Assembly: GCA_022769545.1 (NCBI GenBank)
Contig: JALEJS010000046.1
Location: 2,388-66,387, forward strand
DNA: 64,000 nt
Source of the DNA: Blautia sp.
GTDB taxonomy: Bacteria; Bacillota; Clostridia; Lachnospirales; Lachnospiraceae
Reading direction: 5' to 3'
The position numbers and the translations under genes are program-made. Below the pieces are notes generated by a model. The model was not told where the DNA came from, searched no databases, and saw only the letters and a list, made by a program, of their open reading frames with translations. Shown here in pieces: positions 38,245 to 47,942 of this stretch. How positions within the stretch are numbered: the first letter of the stretch is position 1; each line of letters begins with the position of its first letter.

Positions 38245-39407
38245 TGTTTCAGTATCATTGTCTGAATCCGATCAGTGCAAAGGGCCTTGAGATTTTTAAT
38301 GATAATTACCGGAAATGTGATACCATGGTAGATGTGGACGCTATTCTTGTGCGAAGTGCCAAGATGCACGACATGGAGCTGCCGGAAACGGTGTGTGCGG
38401 TTGCCAGAGCCGGAGCAGGGGTAAACAACATTCCGGTGAAGGAATATGCAGAAAAAGGAATTGTCGTATTTAATACGCCGGGAGCAAATGCGAACGGTGT
38501 CAAAGAGCTTGTTCTGGCTGGTATGCTTCTTGCATCCAGAGATATTGTGGGCGGTATTGAGTGGGTTGCCCATGAAAAGGACAAAGAGGATATCGACAAG
38601 CTGGCAGAAAAGCAGAAAAAACAGTTTGCCGGATGCGAAATCATGGGCAAAAAGCTTGGGATCATCGGACTGGGTGCCATTGGTGCCATGGTCGCAAACG
38701 CAGCGTCCGGACTTGGAATGGAAGTATATGGATACGATCCCTATATCTCGGTAGATGCGGCGTGGAATCTTTCCCGCACCATCCGTCACAGCAAAAACCT
38801 GGATGACATTTATTCACAGTGTGATTACATTACGGTGCATGTTCCGCTTCTGGACAGTACGAAAAAAATGATCAACCGGGAAGCAATCTCCAAGATGAAG
38901 GATGGAGTCGTACTTCTGAACTTTGCCCGTGATCTTCTTGTGGATGAGGATGCACTGATTGAGGCTCTGGAGAGCGGCAAAGTGAAAAAATATGTGACGG
39001 ACTTTGCGAATCCTACGGTAGCCGGTCGCCCCGGAATTCTTGTGACACCGCATCTTGGGGCATCTACGGAGGAATCCGAAGATAACTGTGCGGTTATGGC
39101 GGTAAAGGAAATCCGCGATTTCCTGGAAAACGGCAATATCCGGAACTCTGTGAACTTCCCCAACTGTGATATGGGAACCTGTGTGGCAGTGGGACGTATT
39201 GCCATTACACACAGAAATGTGCCGAATATGATCAGTCAGGTGACGAAGGTTCTCGGAAATGAGGGAATCAATATCGCAGATATGACAAATAAGAGCAAAG
39301 GCGAGTTTGCCTATACGCTGCTGGATCTGGAAAGTACTGCATCCCGGGAGGCTCTGGATGAGCTGGCCGCCATTGATGGTGTGACACGGGTGCGAGTAGT
39401 TCGGTAA
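38244..39407 (+). CDS. serA: D-3-phosphoglycerate dehydrogenase with C-terminal ACT domain
   Basis: Rossmann motif GIIGLGAIG, a 2-hydroxyacid dehydrogenase core, and a C-terminal ACT-like ITHRNVPNMISQVT. TAATG overlap with serC. Confidence 0.9.
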   Translation: MFQYHCLNPISAKGLEIFNDNYRKCDTMVDVDAILVRSAKMHDMELPETVCAVARAGAGVNNIPVKEYAEKGIVVFNTPGANANGVKELVLAGMLLASRDIVGGIEWVAHEKDKEDIDKLAEKQKKQFAGCEIMGKKLGIIGLGAIGAMVANAASGLGMEVYGYDPYISVDAAWNLSRTIRHSKNLDDIYSQCDYITVHVPLLDSTKKMINREAISKMKDGVVLLNFARDLLVDEDALIEALESGKVKKYVTDFANPTVAGRPGILVTPHLGASTEESEDNCAVMAVKEIRDFLENGNIRNSVNFPNCDMGTCVAVGRIAITHRNVPNMISQVTKVLGNEGINIADMTNKSKGEFAYTLLDLESTASREALDELAAIDGVTRVRVVR

Positions 39408-39436
39408 AGCTCCTGTCTGCTTCGCGGAGGGATGAT

Positions 39437-39640
39437 ATGAAAAAGACAATGCGGCAGTTTCAAAGAGGAGTCAAAGGTCTGAAAAAGGGCCTGAAAAAAG
39501 ATTTTATGAACTGGACGGTGGTTCGGAAGATCCGAAAACACATCCGCCGGATACGGATCATCCAGCCCATATATAAGAATGGACGGAAAATCGGCCGTAC
39601 CGTGAAATGTATCAGCGAAGTAATTGAAAAGCGTCTTTAG
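39437..39640 (+). CDS. Hypothetical small, extremely basic protein (67 aa)
   Basis: GGAGGG RBS and its own terminator at 39647..39676. About one third of residues are K/R. No family recognised. Confidence 0.4.
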   Translation: MKKTMRQFQRGVKGLKKGLKKDFMNWTVVRKIRKHIRRIRIIQPIYKNGRKIGRTVKCISEVIEKRL

Positions 39641-39646
39641 ATCAAT

Positions 39647-39676
39647 GGGGATTGTCGTCGGACAATCCCCGTTTGA
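39647..39676. terminator. Hairpin terminator shared by the two convergent small ORFs
   Basis: GGGGATTGTC-GTCG-GACAATCCCC followed by GTTTGAT. Confidence 0.55.
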
Positions 39677-39678
39677 TA

Positions 39679-39840
39679 TTATGTGGGCTTATGTTTTTCC
39701 ATCCAGGAATGAATATAATCAAGTTGCTCCTGGTCGGAAATGTCCTGTGACAACGGATCATCGCCGGCAGCCAGACAGCAGAACAATACAAGCGCCTGAA
39801 GAGAGAAAAAAAGAATGAAAAACAGCACCAGAATCAGCAA
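39679..39840 (-). CDS. Hypothetical 53-aa membrane peptide (not in the ORF track)
   Basis: On the minus strand: AGGAGGTG, 10 nt, TTG. It encodes LILVLFFILFFSLQALVLFCCLAAG (one TM segment) plus an acidic tail DDPLSQDISDQEQLDYIHSWMEKHKPT. Confidence 0.3.
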   Translation of the reverse strand: MLILVLFFILFFSLQALVLFCCLAAGDDPLSQDISDQEQLDYIHSWMEKHKPT

Positions 39841-39979
39841 TATGGAAGCACCTCCTGAATGTTTCGTCTATTGATAATAAGCATTGTCTGCAAAATTGAT
39901 ATTTTTATACATATCTTATGCGCAAAACCCGAAAAAAGGAATACCCTAAATTATAATTTTCCTTTTTTCCGGAGGCTGT

Positions 39980-40816
39980 ATGAAGAAAAAAAAATATACC
40001 GGAAAAAATATCGGCGTTGCGATTCTCGATACGGGAATCTATGAGCATATGGATTTTCAGGGAAGAATCCGCTGTTTTCAGGATTTTCTTAATTACCGGT
40101 CTCTTCCCTATGATGATTCCGGGCATGGCACACATGTGGCAGGTATTCTGGGGGGAAGCGGGGCTGCATCCGGTGGAAAATACAGAGGAACAGCGCCACA
40201 GTGCGATATGATTATTCTGAAGATTCTGGATCAGTACGGAAACGGGAGCAAGGAAAATGTACTGAGAGCATTTCGCTGGATTCGGAATAACAAAATGAAA
40301 TATCATATCCGGGTGGTCAATATTTCTGTTGGAACAACGTGCAGATCTCCAAAAGATCACCTGCTTTTGAATTCGGCGGCAGAACAGCTGTGGGATGAAG
40401 GGCTTGTCATTGTTGCGGCAGCGGGAAATCAGGGACCTGAGCAGGGAAGCATTACGTCTCCGGGCAGCTCCAGGAAGGTGATTACAGTCGGCTCCAGCGA
40501 TATGCTGACGGGGAGAAGCGGTGTGTCCGGCAGAGGGCCTACTTCGGAATGTATCTGTAAGCCGGATGTTGTTGCGCCGGGGAACCATATCATCTCCTGC
40601 GGGATCAAGGGTCCGGATTCCTATGGGATCAAAAGCGGGACGTCCATGTCCACACCCCGGATATCCGGTTCGGTTGCCTGTATGCTGGAAAAAGACCCGA
40701 TGCTTACCAATCTGGAAATCAAAATGATGCTGAAGGAATCGGCGGTCGATCTGGGACTTCCCCATAATCAGCAGGGCTGGGGGCTGTTTGATGAAGATCG
40801 TTTTCTGGCTTTGTGA
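39980..40816 (+). CDS. S8 (subtilisin-family) serine peptidase, minimal catalytic domain with no signal peptide or propeptide
   Basis: Catalytic triad contexts VAILDTG, HGTHVAG and GTSMSTP, with oxyanion Asn in VNISVG. 278 aa. Confidence 0.85.
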   Translation: MKKKKYTGKNIGVAILDTGIYEHMDFQGRIRCFQDFLNYRSLPYDDSGHGTHVAGILGGSGAASGGKYRGTAPQCDMIILKILDQYGNGSKENVLRAFRWIRNNKMKYHIRVVNISVGTTCRSPKDHLLLNSAAEQLWDEGLVIVAAAGNQGPEQGSITSPGSSRKVITVGSSDMLTGRSGVSGRGPTSECICKPDVVAPGNHIISCGIKGPDSYGIKSGTSMSTPRISGSVACMLEKDPMLTNLEIKMMLKESAVDLGLPHNQQGWGLFDEDRFLAL

Positions 40817-40980
40817 AGTCTGTGGGATAAAAGCTTCGGCTGCAGATTTCATAAATAAGAAAAACATTGCGTCGGTGCGTAAATGCGTTGACGCAGAATC
40901 ATATTTTATGTAAAATGAAAAAGAACATTCAGAAATCAGAACAGGAAGGGATGGATGTTCCATCCAGGGAGGAATTTATT

Positions 40981-42201
40981 ATGGAAAAAATTAAGATGAC
41001 AACACCCCTTGTGGAGATGGACGGAGATGAAATGACCCGTATTTTGTGGGCCATGATCAAGGAGGAGCTTCTGACTCCTTATATTGATCTGAATACAGAA
41101 TATTATGATCTGGGACTGATACATCGAAATGAGACCGATGATCAGGTTACCATCGATGCCGCTGAGGCAACGAAGAAATACAAGGTTGCTGTAAAGTGTG
41201 CAACGATCACACCGAATCATGCCAGAATGAGTGAATATGATCTGAAAAAGATGTATAAAAGCCCCAATGGCACCATTCGTGCAATACTGGATGGAACGGT
41301 GTTCCGTGCTCCGATCGTAGTAAAAGGAATCGAACCCTGTGTGAAAAACTGGAAAAAACCGATCACATTGGCCAGACATGCATATGGGGATATCTATAAA
41401 AACACAGAGATGCTCATTGATAAACCGGGAAAGGTGGAACTGGTTTATACAAGTGCGGACGGAGAAGAGACGCGCAGTCTGATTCAGGAATTTTCCCGAC
41501 CGGGAATTGCGATGGGAATGCATAATATGCAGGCTTCCATTGAAAGCTTTGCCAGAAGCTGTTTCAATTACGCACTGGACACCAGACAGGATGTATGGTT
41601 TGGTGCAAAGGATACCATTTCCAAAACATATGATGCGCGGTTTAAGGCTGTTTTTCAGGAAATTTATGAAAATGAGTTCCGGGAGAAATTTGAATCTGCA
41701 GGACTTACGTATTTTTACAGCCTGATCGATGATATTGTTGCCCGTGTGATGAAGGCAGAAGGCGGCTTTATCTGGGCCTGCAAAAATTATGACGGAGATG
41801 TCATGAGTGATATGGTCTCTTCGGCATTCGGTTCCCTTGCGATGATGACCTCCGTTCTGGTATCTCCCAACGGATACTATGAATATGAGGCGGCACACGG
41901 AACCGTTCAGAGACATTACTACCGCCATCTGAAAGGGGAGGAAACCTCTACAAACTCTGTTGCCACCATTTTTGCATGGACCGGAGCGCTGCGCAAGCGC
42001 GGTGAACTGGACAAAAATGTGGAATTATCCCGGTTTGCGGATCATCTGGAGAAGGCAGTGATCCGGACAATCGAAAGCGGAAAGATGACCAAAGATCTGG
42101 CGCTGATCACATCTCTGGAAAATCCTGTTGTTCTGAACAGCAGAGAGTTTATTCTTGCAGTTCGTGAGGAACTGGATAAAATATATGCTCAGACCGTTTA
42201 A
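40981..42201 (+). CDS. icd: NADP-dependent isocitrate dehydrogenase (eukaryote-like, about 406 aa)
   Basis: [15 protein letters not shown]...KCATITPN...RHAYGD pattern. GGGAGGA RBS before MEKIKM. Confidence 0.9.
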   Translation: MEKIKMTTPLVEMDGDEMTRILWAMIKEELLTPYIDLNTEYYDLGLIHRNETDDQVTIDAAEATKKYKVAVKCATITPNHARMSEYDLKKMYKSPNGTIRAILDGTVFRAPIVVKGIEPCVKNWKKPITLARHAYGDIYKNTEMLIDKPGKVELVYTSADGEETRSLIQEFSRPGIAMGMHNMQASIESFARSCFNYALDTRQDVWFGAKDTISKTYDARFKAVFQEIYENEFREKFESAGLTYFYSLIDDIVARVMKAEGGFIWACKNYDGDVMSDMVSSAFGSLAMMTSVLVSPNGYYEYEAAHGTVQRHYYRHLKGEETSTNSVATIFAWTGALRKRGELDKNVELSRFADHLEKAVIRTIESGKMTKDLALITSLENPVVLNSREFILAVREELDKIYAQTV

Positions 42202-42215
42202 AAGGAGGAGTTAAG

Positions 42216-42794
42216 ATGGCTTTTTTTGACAAGGTTCGGGATTCTCTGACAGTGACCGGACAGGGAGTGACCCAGAAAGCGAAGACAGCGGCGGAGACGA
42301 TGAAGCTGAACACACAGATTAAGGGAAATGAGCGTGCGATGGAAAAGCTTATATATCAGGTTGGTCTTCAGTGTGTGGAACTTCATATTCAGAAGAATGA
42401 CACAGAATACGAAAAGCTGTTTCAGGAGATCCGCAGACTGCGAAAGGAGAATGCAGAGCTGCAGAAGCAGGTGGAATATGTGAACGCTTCCAAAATCTGT
42501 CCGTACTGTGGATATCACAACCATACTTCTTCCAGATTCTGCAGCGGCTGCGGCAATTCTCTGGAGGAAATGCCTCAGCAGATGGTCTGCTGTCCGGAAT
42601 GCGGGGAGGTAAACGAGGAGGATTCCCGCTTCTGTATTCATTGTGGCTGCCGTCTGCAGCAGGAGGAAACGGAAGAGATATCACAGGAACAAAAAGAGGA
42701 ACCTCTGGCACAGTCTCAGGAGGAGCTGACCGAAAGTGAATTGCCGCAGGAAAAGCCGGAAGATGCATCTGAGGATGATGTGACGGAAGAATAA
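42216..42794 (+). CDS. Zinc-ribbon domain protein with an acidic C-terminal tail
   Basis: Two CPxCG...FCxxCG ribbons (CPYCGYHN..FCSGCG and CPECGEVN..FCIHCG). AAAGGAGG RBS. Confidence 0.7.
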   Translation: MAFFDKVRDSLTVTGQGVTQKAKTAAETMKLNTQIKGNERAMEKLIYQVGLQCVELHIQKNDTEYEKLFQEIRRLRKENAELQKQVEYVNASKICPYCGYHNHTSSRFCSGCGNSLEEMPQQMVCCPECGEVNEEDSRFCIHCGCRLQQEETEEISQEQKEEPLAQSQEELTESELPQEKPEDASEDDVTEE

Positions 42795-42842
42795 AAAGAG
42801 GAGCAGGCGCTTCCCGGAAACGGGAAACCTGCTCCTTTTTTA
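42794..42842. terminator. Bidirectional terminator (zinc-ribbon gene / cbiK)
   Basis: AGGAGCAGG...CCTGCTCCT stem with an inner TTCCCG-GAAA-CGGGAA, flanked by A and T runs. Confidence 0.75.
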
Positions 42843-43637
42843 GCGGGTGCTCTTTAGGGCAGATCGGATATGATCCGCAAACATATCCTGAATTTCGGGA
42901 TATTCCCCAAGCCCTTTCAAAACAATATCCACTTCATATCCTGCTTTTTCCAGAAGGTTTCGCCAGGAACCCTCTTCTGCACCGGCCATATCATTGACGG
43001 CATGATCTCCGGCAACGATCATAAACGGCGCCAGAGTAATTCTGGCGGGCTGTTTCTTTTTCAGCCTGCGAAGAACGGTGTCAATATCCGGATAGCCTTC
43101 CACTGTGCCGATCAGAAACTGCTCATATCCCATATCCAGAAAGCGGCAGTTCAGCGCATCATAAACAAAATTGGCGTAATGAGTGGTTCCGTGCCCCATA
43201 AAGACGACCATGCGATCCGGCTCCACAGGCAGAAAAGAATCTGCCAGAAGCTGTACAGCTGCATCCAGATCCTCTGTGCCGGTGAGCAGCGGTTTACCAA
43301 ACCGGACGGAATCAAAGGCATCCTTTTCGGACAGGATTTCGGCAGTCATGGCTTCGTTTTCGATTCCGTTGATTATATGGGTTGGCTGGACAAACACATG
43401 GCGAATCCCGTCGGATGCCATGCGCCGGAGTGCTTCCGGCACGGTATCGACATGGATGCCGTCACGCTGTTTCAGCTTCTGAATGATGTGACGGCTTGTC
43501 CATGCCCGATATATGGCATAATCGGGAAAGGATTTCCGGATCTTTGTTTCAATTGCGTCGATGGATGCTTTTCGTGAATGTTCAAAACTGGTGCCAAAAC
43601 TGACAACCAGTATTGCCTTTGCAGATTTTGAATTCAT
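42840..43637 (-). CDS. cbiK: Sirohydrochlorin cobaltochelatase (anaerobic, CbiK type)
   Basis: KAILVVSFGTSF...IYRAWTS...VQPTHIINGIE...FMGHGTHY (CbiK His contexts). GGAGGG RBS before MNSKSA. Confidence 0.85.
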   Translation of the reverse strand: MNSKSAKAILVVSFGTSFEHSRKASIDAIETKIRKSFPDYAIYRAWTSRHIIQKLKQRDGIHVDTVPEALRRMASDGIRHVFVQPTHIINGIENEAMTAEILSEKDAFDSVRFGKPLLTGTEDLDAAVQLLADSFLPVEPDRMVVFMGHGTTHYANFVYDALNCRFLDMGYEQFLIGTVEGYPDIDTVLRRLKKKQPARITLAPFMIVAGDHAVNDMAGAEEGSWRNLLEKAGYEVDIVLKGLGEYPEIQDMFADHIRSALKSTR

Positions 43638-43716
43638 AAGGGTCCCTCCGTAATGTTCCGCACTCGAAAATGGCCCTCCGCGCCTTACCAGATTCAACTG
43701 CAAAAGAATCATTTCC

Positions 43717-43745
43717 AGTATAGTCTGAGGAAGTCGGGCTGTCAA
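43717..43745 (-). promoter_or_regulatory. Candidate cbiK promoter
   Basis: On the minus strand: TTGACA, 17-nt spacer, TATACT. Confidence 0.45.
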
Positions 43746-43764
43746 TGAAATTTGGGCTTTTCAA

Positions 43765-43793
43765 TTGACATTCCGAAGGGGAATGATTATGAT
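43765..43793 (+). promoter_or_regulatory. Candidate hemA-operon promoter (divergent from cbiK)
   Basis: TTGACA, 17-nt spacer, TATGAT. Confidence 0.45.
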
Positions 43794-43835
43794 GATAGGA
43801 GGGCAAAGCGACAATTACGAAGGAGTAACAGTAAA

Positions 43836-45062
43836 ATGAGTGTTTCCATGATTGGAATTGATCATACAGCTGCATCGGTGGATGTCCGGGCAAGGTTTTC
43901 GTTCACCAGAAAAGAGGCCGGGGAGGCCATGGAAAAGATTCATGCGATGGAAGGGATTGACGGATGCATTCTTCTGTCTACCTGCAACCGTATGGAATTG
44001 TGGGTGAGTGCGGAAGAAGAGATGCCGGATCTGTATGAGATATTGTGCAGTCTGAAAGCAGTGGACCGTTTGGAATACAACGGTATTTTTGTGCAGAGAA
44101 CAGACAGAGAAGCGGTAAAACATCTGTTTTATCTTACCGCCGGACTGAAATCACAGATTTTGGGGGAGGATCAGATCCTCACGCAGGTGAAGGATGCACT
44201 GAATCTTGCCAGAGAACATTTTGCAGCGGACGGTGTTCTGGAAGTGCTGTTCCGGATGGCCGTTACGGCTGGGAAAAAGATAAAGACAGAAGTACCCGTC
44301 TCTCACGGGAATCCGTCGGTGATCCATCAGGCTCTGAAATACCTGGAGAAAAAAGGATTCCGGGCAGAAGGAAAAACCTGTATGGTGATCGGAAACGGTG
44401 AGATGGGCAAGGTGGCGGCGCAGACACTGCGCGAAGCCGGAGGAAAGGTGACGGTAACGGTTCGTCAGTACCGCAGCGGAGTTGTGAATATTCCGCGGGG
44501 CTGTGACCGTATCAATTACGGGGACCGGATGGAGTATCTTCCTGTGTGTGATCTGGTTGTCAGTGCAACAGCCAGTCCCAATTATACACTGACGAGAGAG
44601 CTTCTGAAAGAGAAAAGGCCGACAGGTCCGCAGATCCTGATCGATCTGGCGGTGCCAAGAGATATTGATCCCGCCATTGGAAATCTGGAGAATATCACAT
44701 TGTATGATATGGACAGCTTCCGCACGGATGAGACAGATGAGGCACTGGAACAGAATCTGAAAGCAGCTTCCAGAATCGTGGAAGAGCAGATGGATGAATT
44801 TTATCTTTGGCTGGAAGGACGTGATATTATTCCCAGAATTCAGGAGATCCGTCAGGAAGCAGTCAGAGATCTGAATCTTCGTATCGCAAAAATTTTCAGA
44901 AACACCCCTATGGATGATGTGGATCGATGTCATCTGGAAGAGGCAGTTGCGGAGGCTGCCGGCAAGGTGGTCAACAAGCTGATATTCGGGCTGCGGGACA
45001 GCCTGAATACAGAAGCATTTCTGGAATGTGTCAGCGGATTGGAGAAATTGTATGAAGAGTAA
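43836..45062 (+). CDS. hemA: Glutamyl-tRNA reductase
   Basis: MIGIDHTAASVDVRARFSF, active-site STCNRMELW, and NADPH motif VIGNGEMG. Confidence 0.92.
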   Translation: MSVSMIGIDHTAASVDVRARFSFTRKEAGEAMEKIHAMEGIDGCILLSTCNRMELWVSAEEEMPDLYEILCSLKAVDRLEYNGIFVQRTDREAVKHLFYLTAGLKSQILGEDQILTQVKDALNLAREHFAADGVLEVLFRMAVTAGKKIKTEVPVSHGNPSVIHQALKYLEKKGFRAEGKTCMVIGNGEMGKVAAQTLREAGGKVTVTVRQYRSGVVNIPRGCDRINYGDRMEYLPVCDLVVSATASPNYTLTRELLKEKRPTGPQILIDLAVPRDIDPAIGNLENITLYDMDSFRTDETDEALEQNLKAASRIVEEQMDEFYLWLEGRDIIPRIQEIRQEAVRDLNLRIAKIFRNTPMDDVDRCHLEEAVAEAAGKVVNKLIFGLRDSLNTEAFLECVSGLEKLYEE

Positions 45063-45525
45063 ACCGTATTTTCCGATGTTTATAGATTTGTCAGATAAAA
45101 ATGTGGTGGTGGTGGGCGGCGGAAAAATTGCGGCCAGAAGGGTCAAAACCCTTCTGCAGTTCACCCGGAATATTACGGTTGTGGCTTCTCAGGCCATCGC
45201 AGAGCTTCAGGAGCTGGGAAAAATCGGGCAGATCCGTCTGATTCTCCGCCCGGTAAAGCGCTCGGATCTGTCCATGGCTTATATGGTGATTGCGGCTACC
45301 AATGACTGGAAGCTGAATTATGAAATCTGCCGGATCTGCAAGGCAGAGGGAATTTATGCCAATGTGGCAAATGATAAGGATGCCTGTGACTTTTATTTCC
45401 CGGGGGTGGTGATGCAGGATGAGCTGGTCGTCGGCATCACGGCGAGCGGCATGGACCACAGAAAGGCAAAGGCCGTTCGTGAGGAAATCGAACAGGTACT
45501 GAAAAAGTATTCGGGAGAATGGTAG
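45052..45525 (+). CDS. Precorrin-2 dehydrogenase / sirohydrochlorin ferrochelatase (SirC / CysG N-terminal type)
   Basis: YFPMFIDLSDKNVVVVGGGKIAARRVKTLL Rossmann start. 157 aa. Confidence 0.85.
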   Translation: MKSKPYFPMFIDLSDKNVVVVGGGKIAARRVKTLLQFTRNITVVASQAIAELQELGKIGQIRLILRPVKRSDLSMAYMVIAATNDWKLNYEICRICKAEGIYANVANDKDACDFYFPGVVMQDELVVGITASGMDHRKAKAVREEIEQVLKKYSGEW

Positions 45526-45527
45526 GC

Positions 45528-47942
45528 ATGGATAATCAGATTGTAATAGGAAGCCGGGAAAGCAGGCTTGCGGTGCTGCAGAGCCGGATGGTACAGGAAT
45601 ATATTATAAAAAGGAATCCCGGAATAAAGGTGGAAATCCTTACGATGAAGACGACTGGAGATATCATTCTTGATCGCACGCTGGACAAGATCGGAGGAAA
45701 GGGACTGTTTGTGAAGGAACTGGACAGAGCGCTTCTGGACGGGAGAAGTCATCTGTCTGTGCACAGCCTGAAGGATATGCCCATGGAGGTTCCGGATCAG
45801 CTTCCGCTTCTGGCCTTCTCCAGACGGGAGGATCCCAGAGATGTTCTTGTTTTGCCGGAGGGCGCAGACTGTCTGGATCCGACAAAGCCGCTGGGATGTT
45901 CCAGCCTGCGCAGAACGCTTCAGCTGAAAAAACTGTATCCGCAGATGGAAGTAAAAAGCATTCGCGGGAATCTTCAGACGCGTCTCAGAAAACTGGATGA
46001 GGGTGCGTATTCAGGACTGATTCTGGCAGCCGCCGGATTGAAGCGTCTGGGTCTGGAGAAGAGGATTTTCCGGTATTTTACGCCGGATGAAATGATTCCT
46101 GCGGCCGGTCAGGGAATTCTTGCCGTACAGGGAATTCAGGGCAGGGATTATTCGTTTCTGGAGGGGTTCAATGATCCGGAAGCAGCGGCATGTGCGGCGG
46201 CAGAAAGAGCTTTCGTAAAATATCTGGACGGCGGATGTTCCTCACCGGTGGCAGCCTATGGGGAGGTGACTTCAGACCGGATATTTCTGCGGGGGCTTTA
46301 TTATGAGGAAAAGACAGAAAAATATGTGACAGGCAGCATTGAGGGCGCGGCTGCGGATGCAGAGGCGCTGGGGGTCAGCCTTGCGAAAGAGCTGAAGGAT
46401 CTTTGCGGCAGAGGAGATAAAATGAGTAAGAAGGGAAAAGTATGGCTTGTTGGGGCAGGACCGGGAGACATCGGTCTGTTTACCATAAAGGGAATGGAAA
46501 TTCTTTCAAATGCAGATGTTGTGGTATATGACAGTCTGGTGGGAGAGGGAATCCTGTCAAAAATTCCGTCGGGGATCCGCACCATTCATGTAGGAAAGCG
46601 CGCCAACCACCATACAATGTCCCAGGAGCAGATCAATCAGGTCCTGCTGGATGAGGCAGAAAAAGGCAACCGGGTGGTACGGCTGAAGGGAGGAGATCCC
46701 TTCCTGTTCGGACGGGGAGGAGAGGAGCTGGAGCTTCTGGTGGAGCATGGAATACCATTTGAGATCGTTCCGGGCGTCACTTCTTCCATCGCGGTTCCGG
46801 CGTACAACGGCATTCCGGTCACACACAGAGATTTCTGTTCTTCCCTTCATATTATTACCGGACACAAGAGGGAAGGAAAGACATATGATATTGATTTTAG
46901 AGCGTTGACGGATACCAGGGGAACGCTGGTGTTTCTTATGGGAATTTCCTCGCTTGGTGATATCATGAGAGGCCTTCTGGAGGGAGGAATGGATCCGGAT
47001 ATGCCGGCGGCGGTTCTTCAGAAAGGGACTACGGCCGGTCAGAAACGCATCGTGGCAACGGTGGCTACACTGGAGGAACAGGTGAAAAAGCAGGGGGTGG
47101 AGACACCTGCCATCATTGTCGTCGGAAAAGTGTGCAGCCTGGCAGAAAAGTTTGAGTGGTATGAACATTTGCCGCTTGCCGGATGGAAAGTTCTGGTGAC
47201 AAGACCGAAAAATCTGATATCCAGAACCGCGGATCTGCTTCGACAGAAGGGAGCGGAGGTTCTGGAGCTTCCGGCCATCCGCACAGAGCCGATGGAAGAT
47301 CAGAGCGCTCTGGAAGAAGCGCTGGATCACATAGATACCTATCAGTGGATCGTATTTACCAGCCCTACCGGAGTGGATATCTTTTTTGAAGAAATGATGC
47401 GGATGGACAAGGATATTCGCTCACTTGGAAATATTAAGGCGGCGGTGATCGGAGAAGGAACCCGGAATAAATTAAAGGAACGGGGAATCCGGGCAGATCT
47501 GATGCCGGAGGTTTATGACGGCGACTCTCTTGGGGCAGCGCTGGCAGAACGTGTCAGGCCGGGAATGCATGTGCTGATTCCCAGGGCGGAGAAAGGAAAC
47601 GAAAACCTGGTGCGTCTTCTCGAAGCAGCGGGGGCGAAGGTCAGCGACATTGCCACATATCGCACGGTATATGAAAGCAGCGGCCTCATCGATGAGAAAA
47701 AGGAACTGGAAGAAGGCGGAATTGACTGTGTGGTATTTACCAGTGCGTCTACCGTAAAAGGCTTTGTGGAAGGAACGAAGGGAATGGATTATACGGGAAT
47801 CCGTGCAGCCTGTATCGGAAAACAGACAAAGGCGGCTGCGGATGCCTATGGAATGGATACACATATGGCGGAAAAGGCGACGATCGAAAGTCTGATTCGT
47901 CTGGTGGAAGAAATGAAAGGAAGTCAGGAAAAATGGAATTGA
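45528..47942 (+). CDS. Trifunctional fusion: hydroxymethylbilane synthase (HemC), uroporphyrinogen-III C-methyltransferase (CobA) and uroporphyrinogen-III synthase (HemD)
   Basis: HemC: IGSRESRLAVLQ and cofactor Cys in GGCSSPVAAY. CobA: KVWLVGAGPGD and VVRLKGGDPFLFGRGGEE. HemD-like region from about aa 560 (KVLVTRP...IVFTSPTGV...VFTSASTV). Confidence 0.85.
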   Translation: MDNQIVIGSRESRLAVLQSRMVQEYIIKRNPGIKVEILTMKTTGDIILDRTLDKIGGKGLFVKELDRALLDGRSHLSVHSLKDMPMEVPDQLPLLAFSRREDPRDVLVLPEGADCLDPTKPLGCSSLRRTLQLKKLYPQMEVKSIRGNLQTRLRKLDEGAYSGLILAAAGLKRLGLEKRIFRYFTPDEMIPAAGQGILAVQGIQGRDYSFLEGFNDPEAAACAAAERAFVKYLDGGCSSPVAAYGEVTSDRIFLRGLYYEEKTEKYVTGSIEGAAADAEALGVSLAKELKDLCGRGDKMSKKGKVWLVGAGPGDIGLFTIKGMEILSNADVVVYDSLVGEGILSKIPSGIRTIHVGKRANHHTMSQEQINQVLLDEAEKGNRVVRLKGGDPFLFGRGGEELELLVEHGIPFEIVPGVTSSIAVPAYNGIPVTHRDFCSSLHIITGHKREGKTYDIDFRALTDTRGTLVFLMGISSLGDIMRGLLEGGMDPDMPAAVLQKGTTAGQKRIVATVATLEEQVKKQGVETPAIIVVGKVCSLAEKFEWYEHLPLAGWKVLVTRPKNLISRTADLLRQKGAEVLELPAIRTEPMEDQSALEEALDHIDTYQWIVFTSPTGVDIFFEEMMRMDKDIRSLGNIKAAVIGEGTRNKLKERGIRADLMPEVYDGDSLGAALAERVRPGMHVLIPRAEKGNENLVRLLEAAGAKVSDIATYRTVYESSGLIDEKKELEEGGIDCVVFTSASTVKGFVEGTKGMDYTGIRAACIGKQTKAAADAYGMDTHMAEKATIESLIRLVEEMKGSQEKWN

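Noticed and set aside
43638-43835. A cobalamin riboswitch in the cbiK/hemA divergent leaders.
   Set aside because: No B12-box-like (AGYCMGGAGACCKGCC-type) or GGGAA/GGTG conserved segments were seen. Both leaders are only about 40-75 nt.
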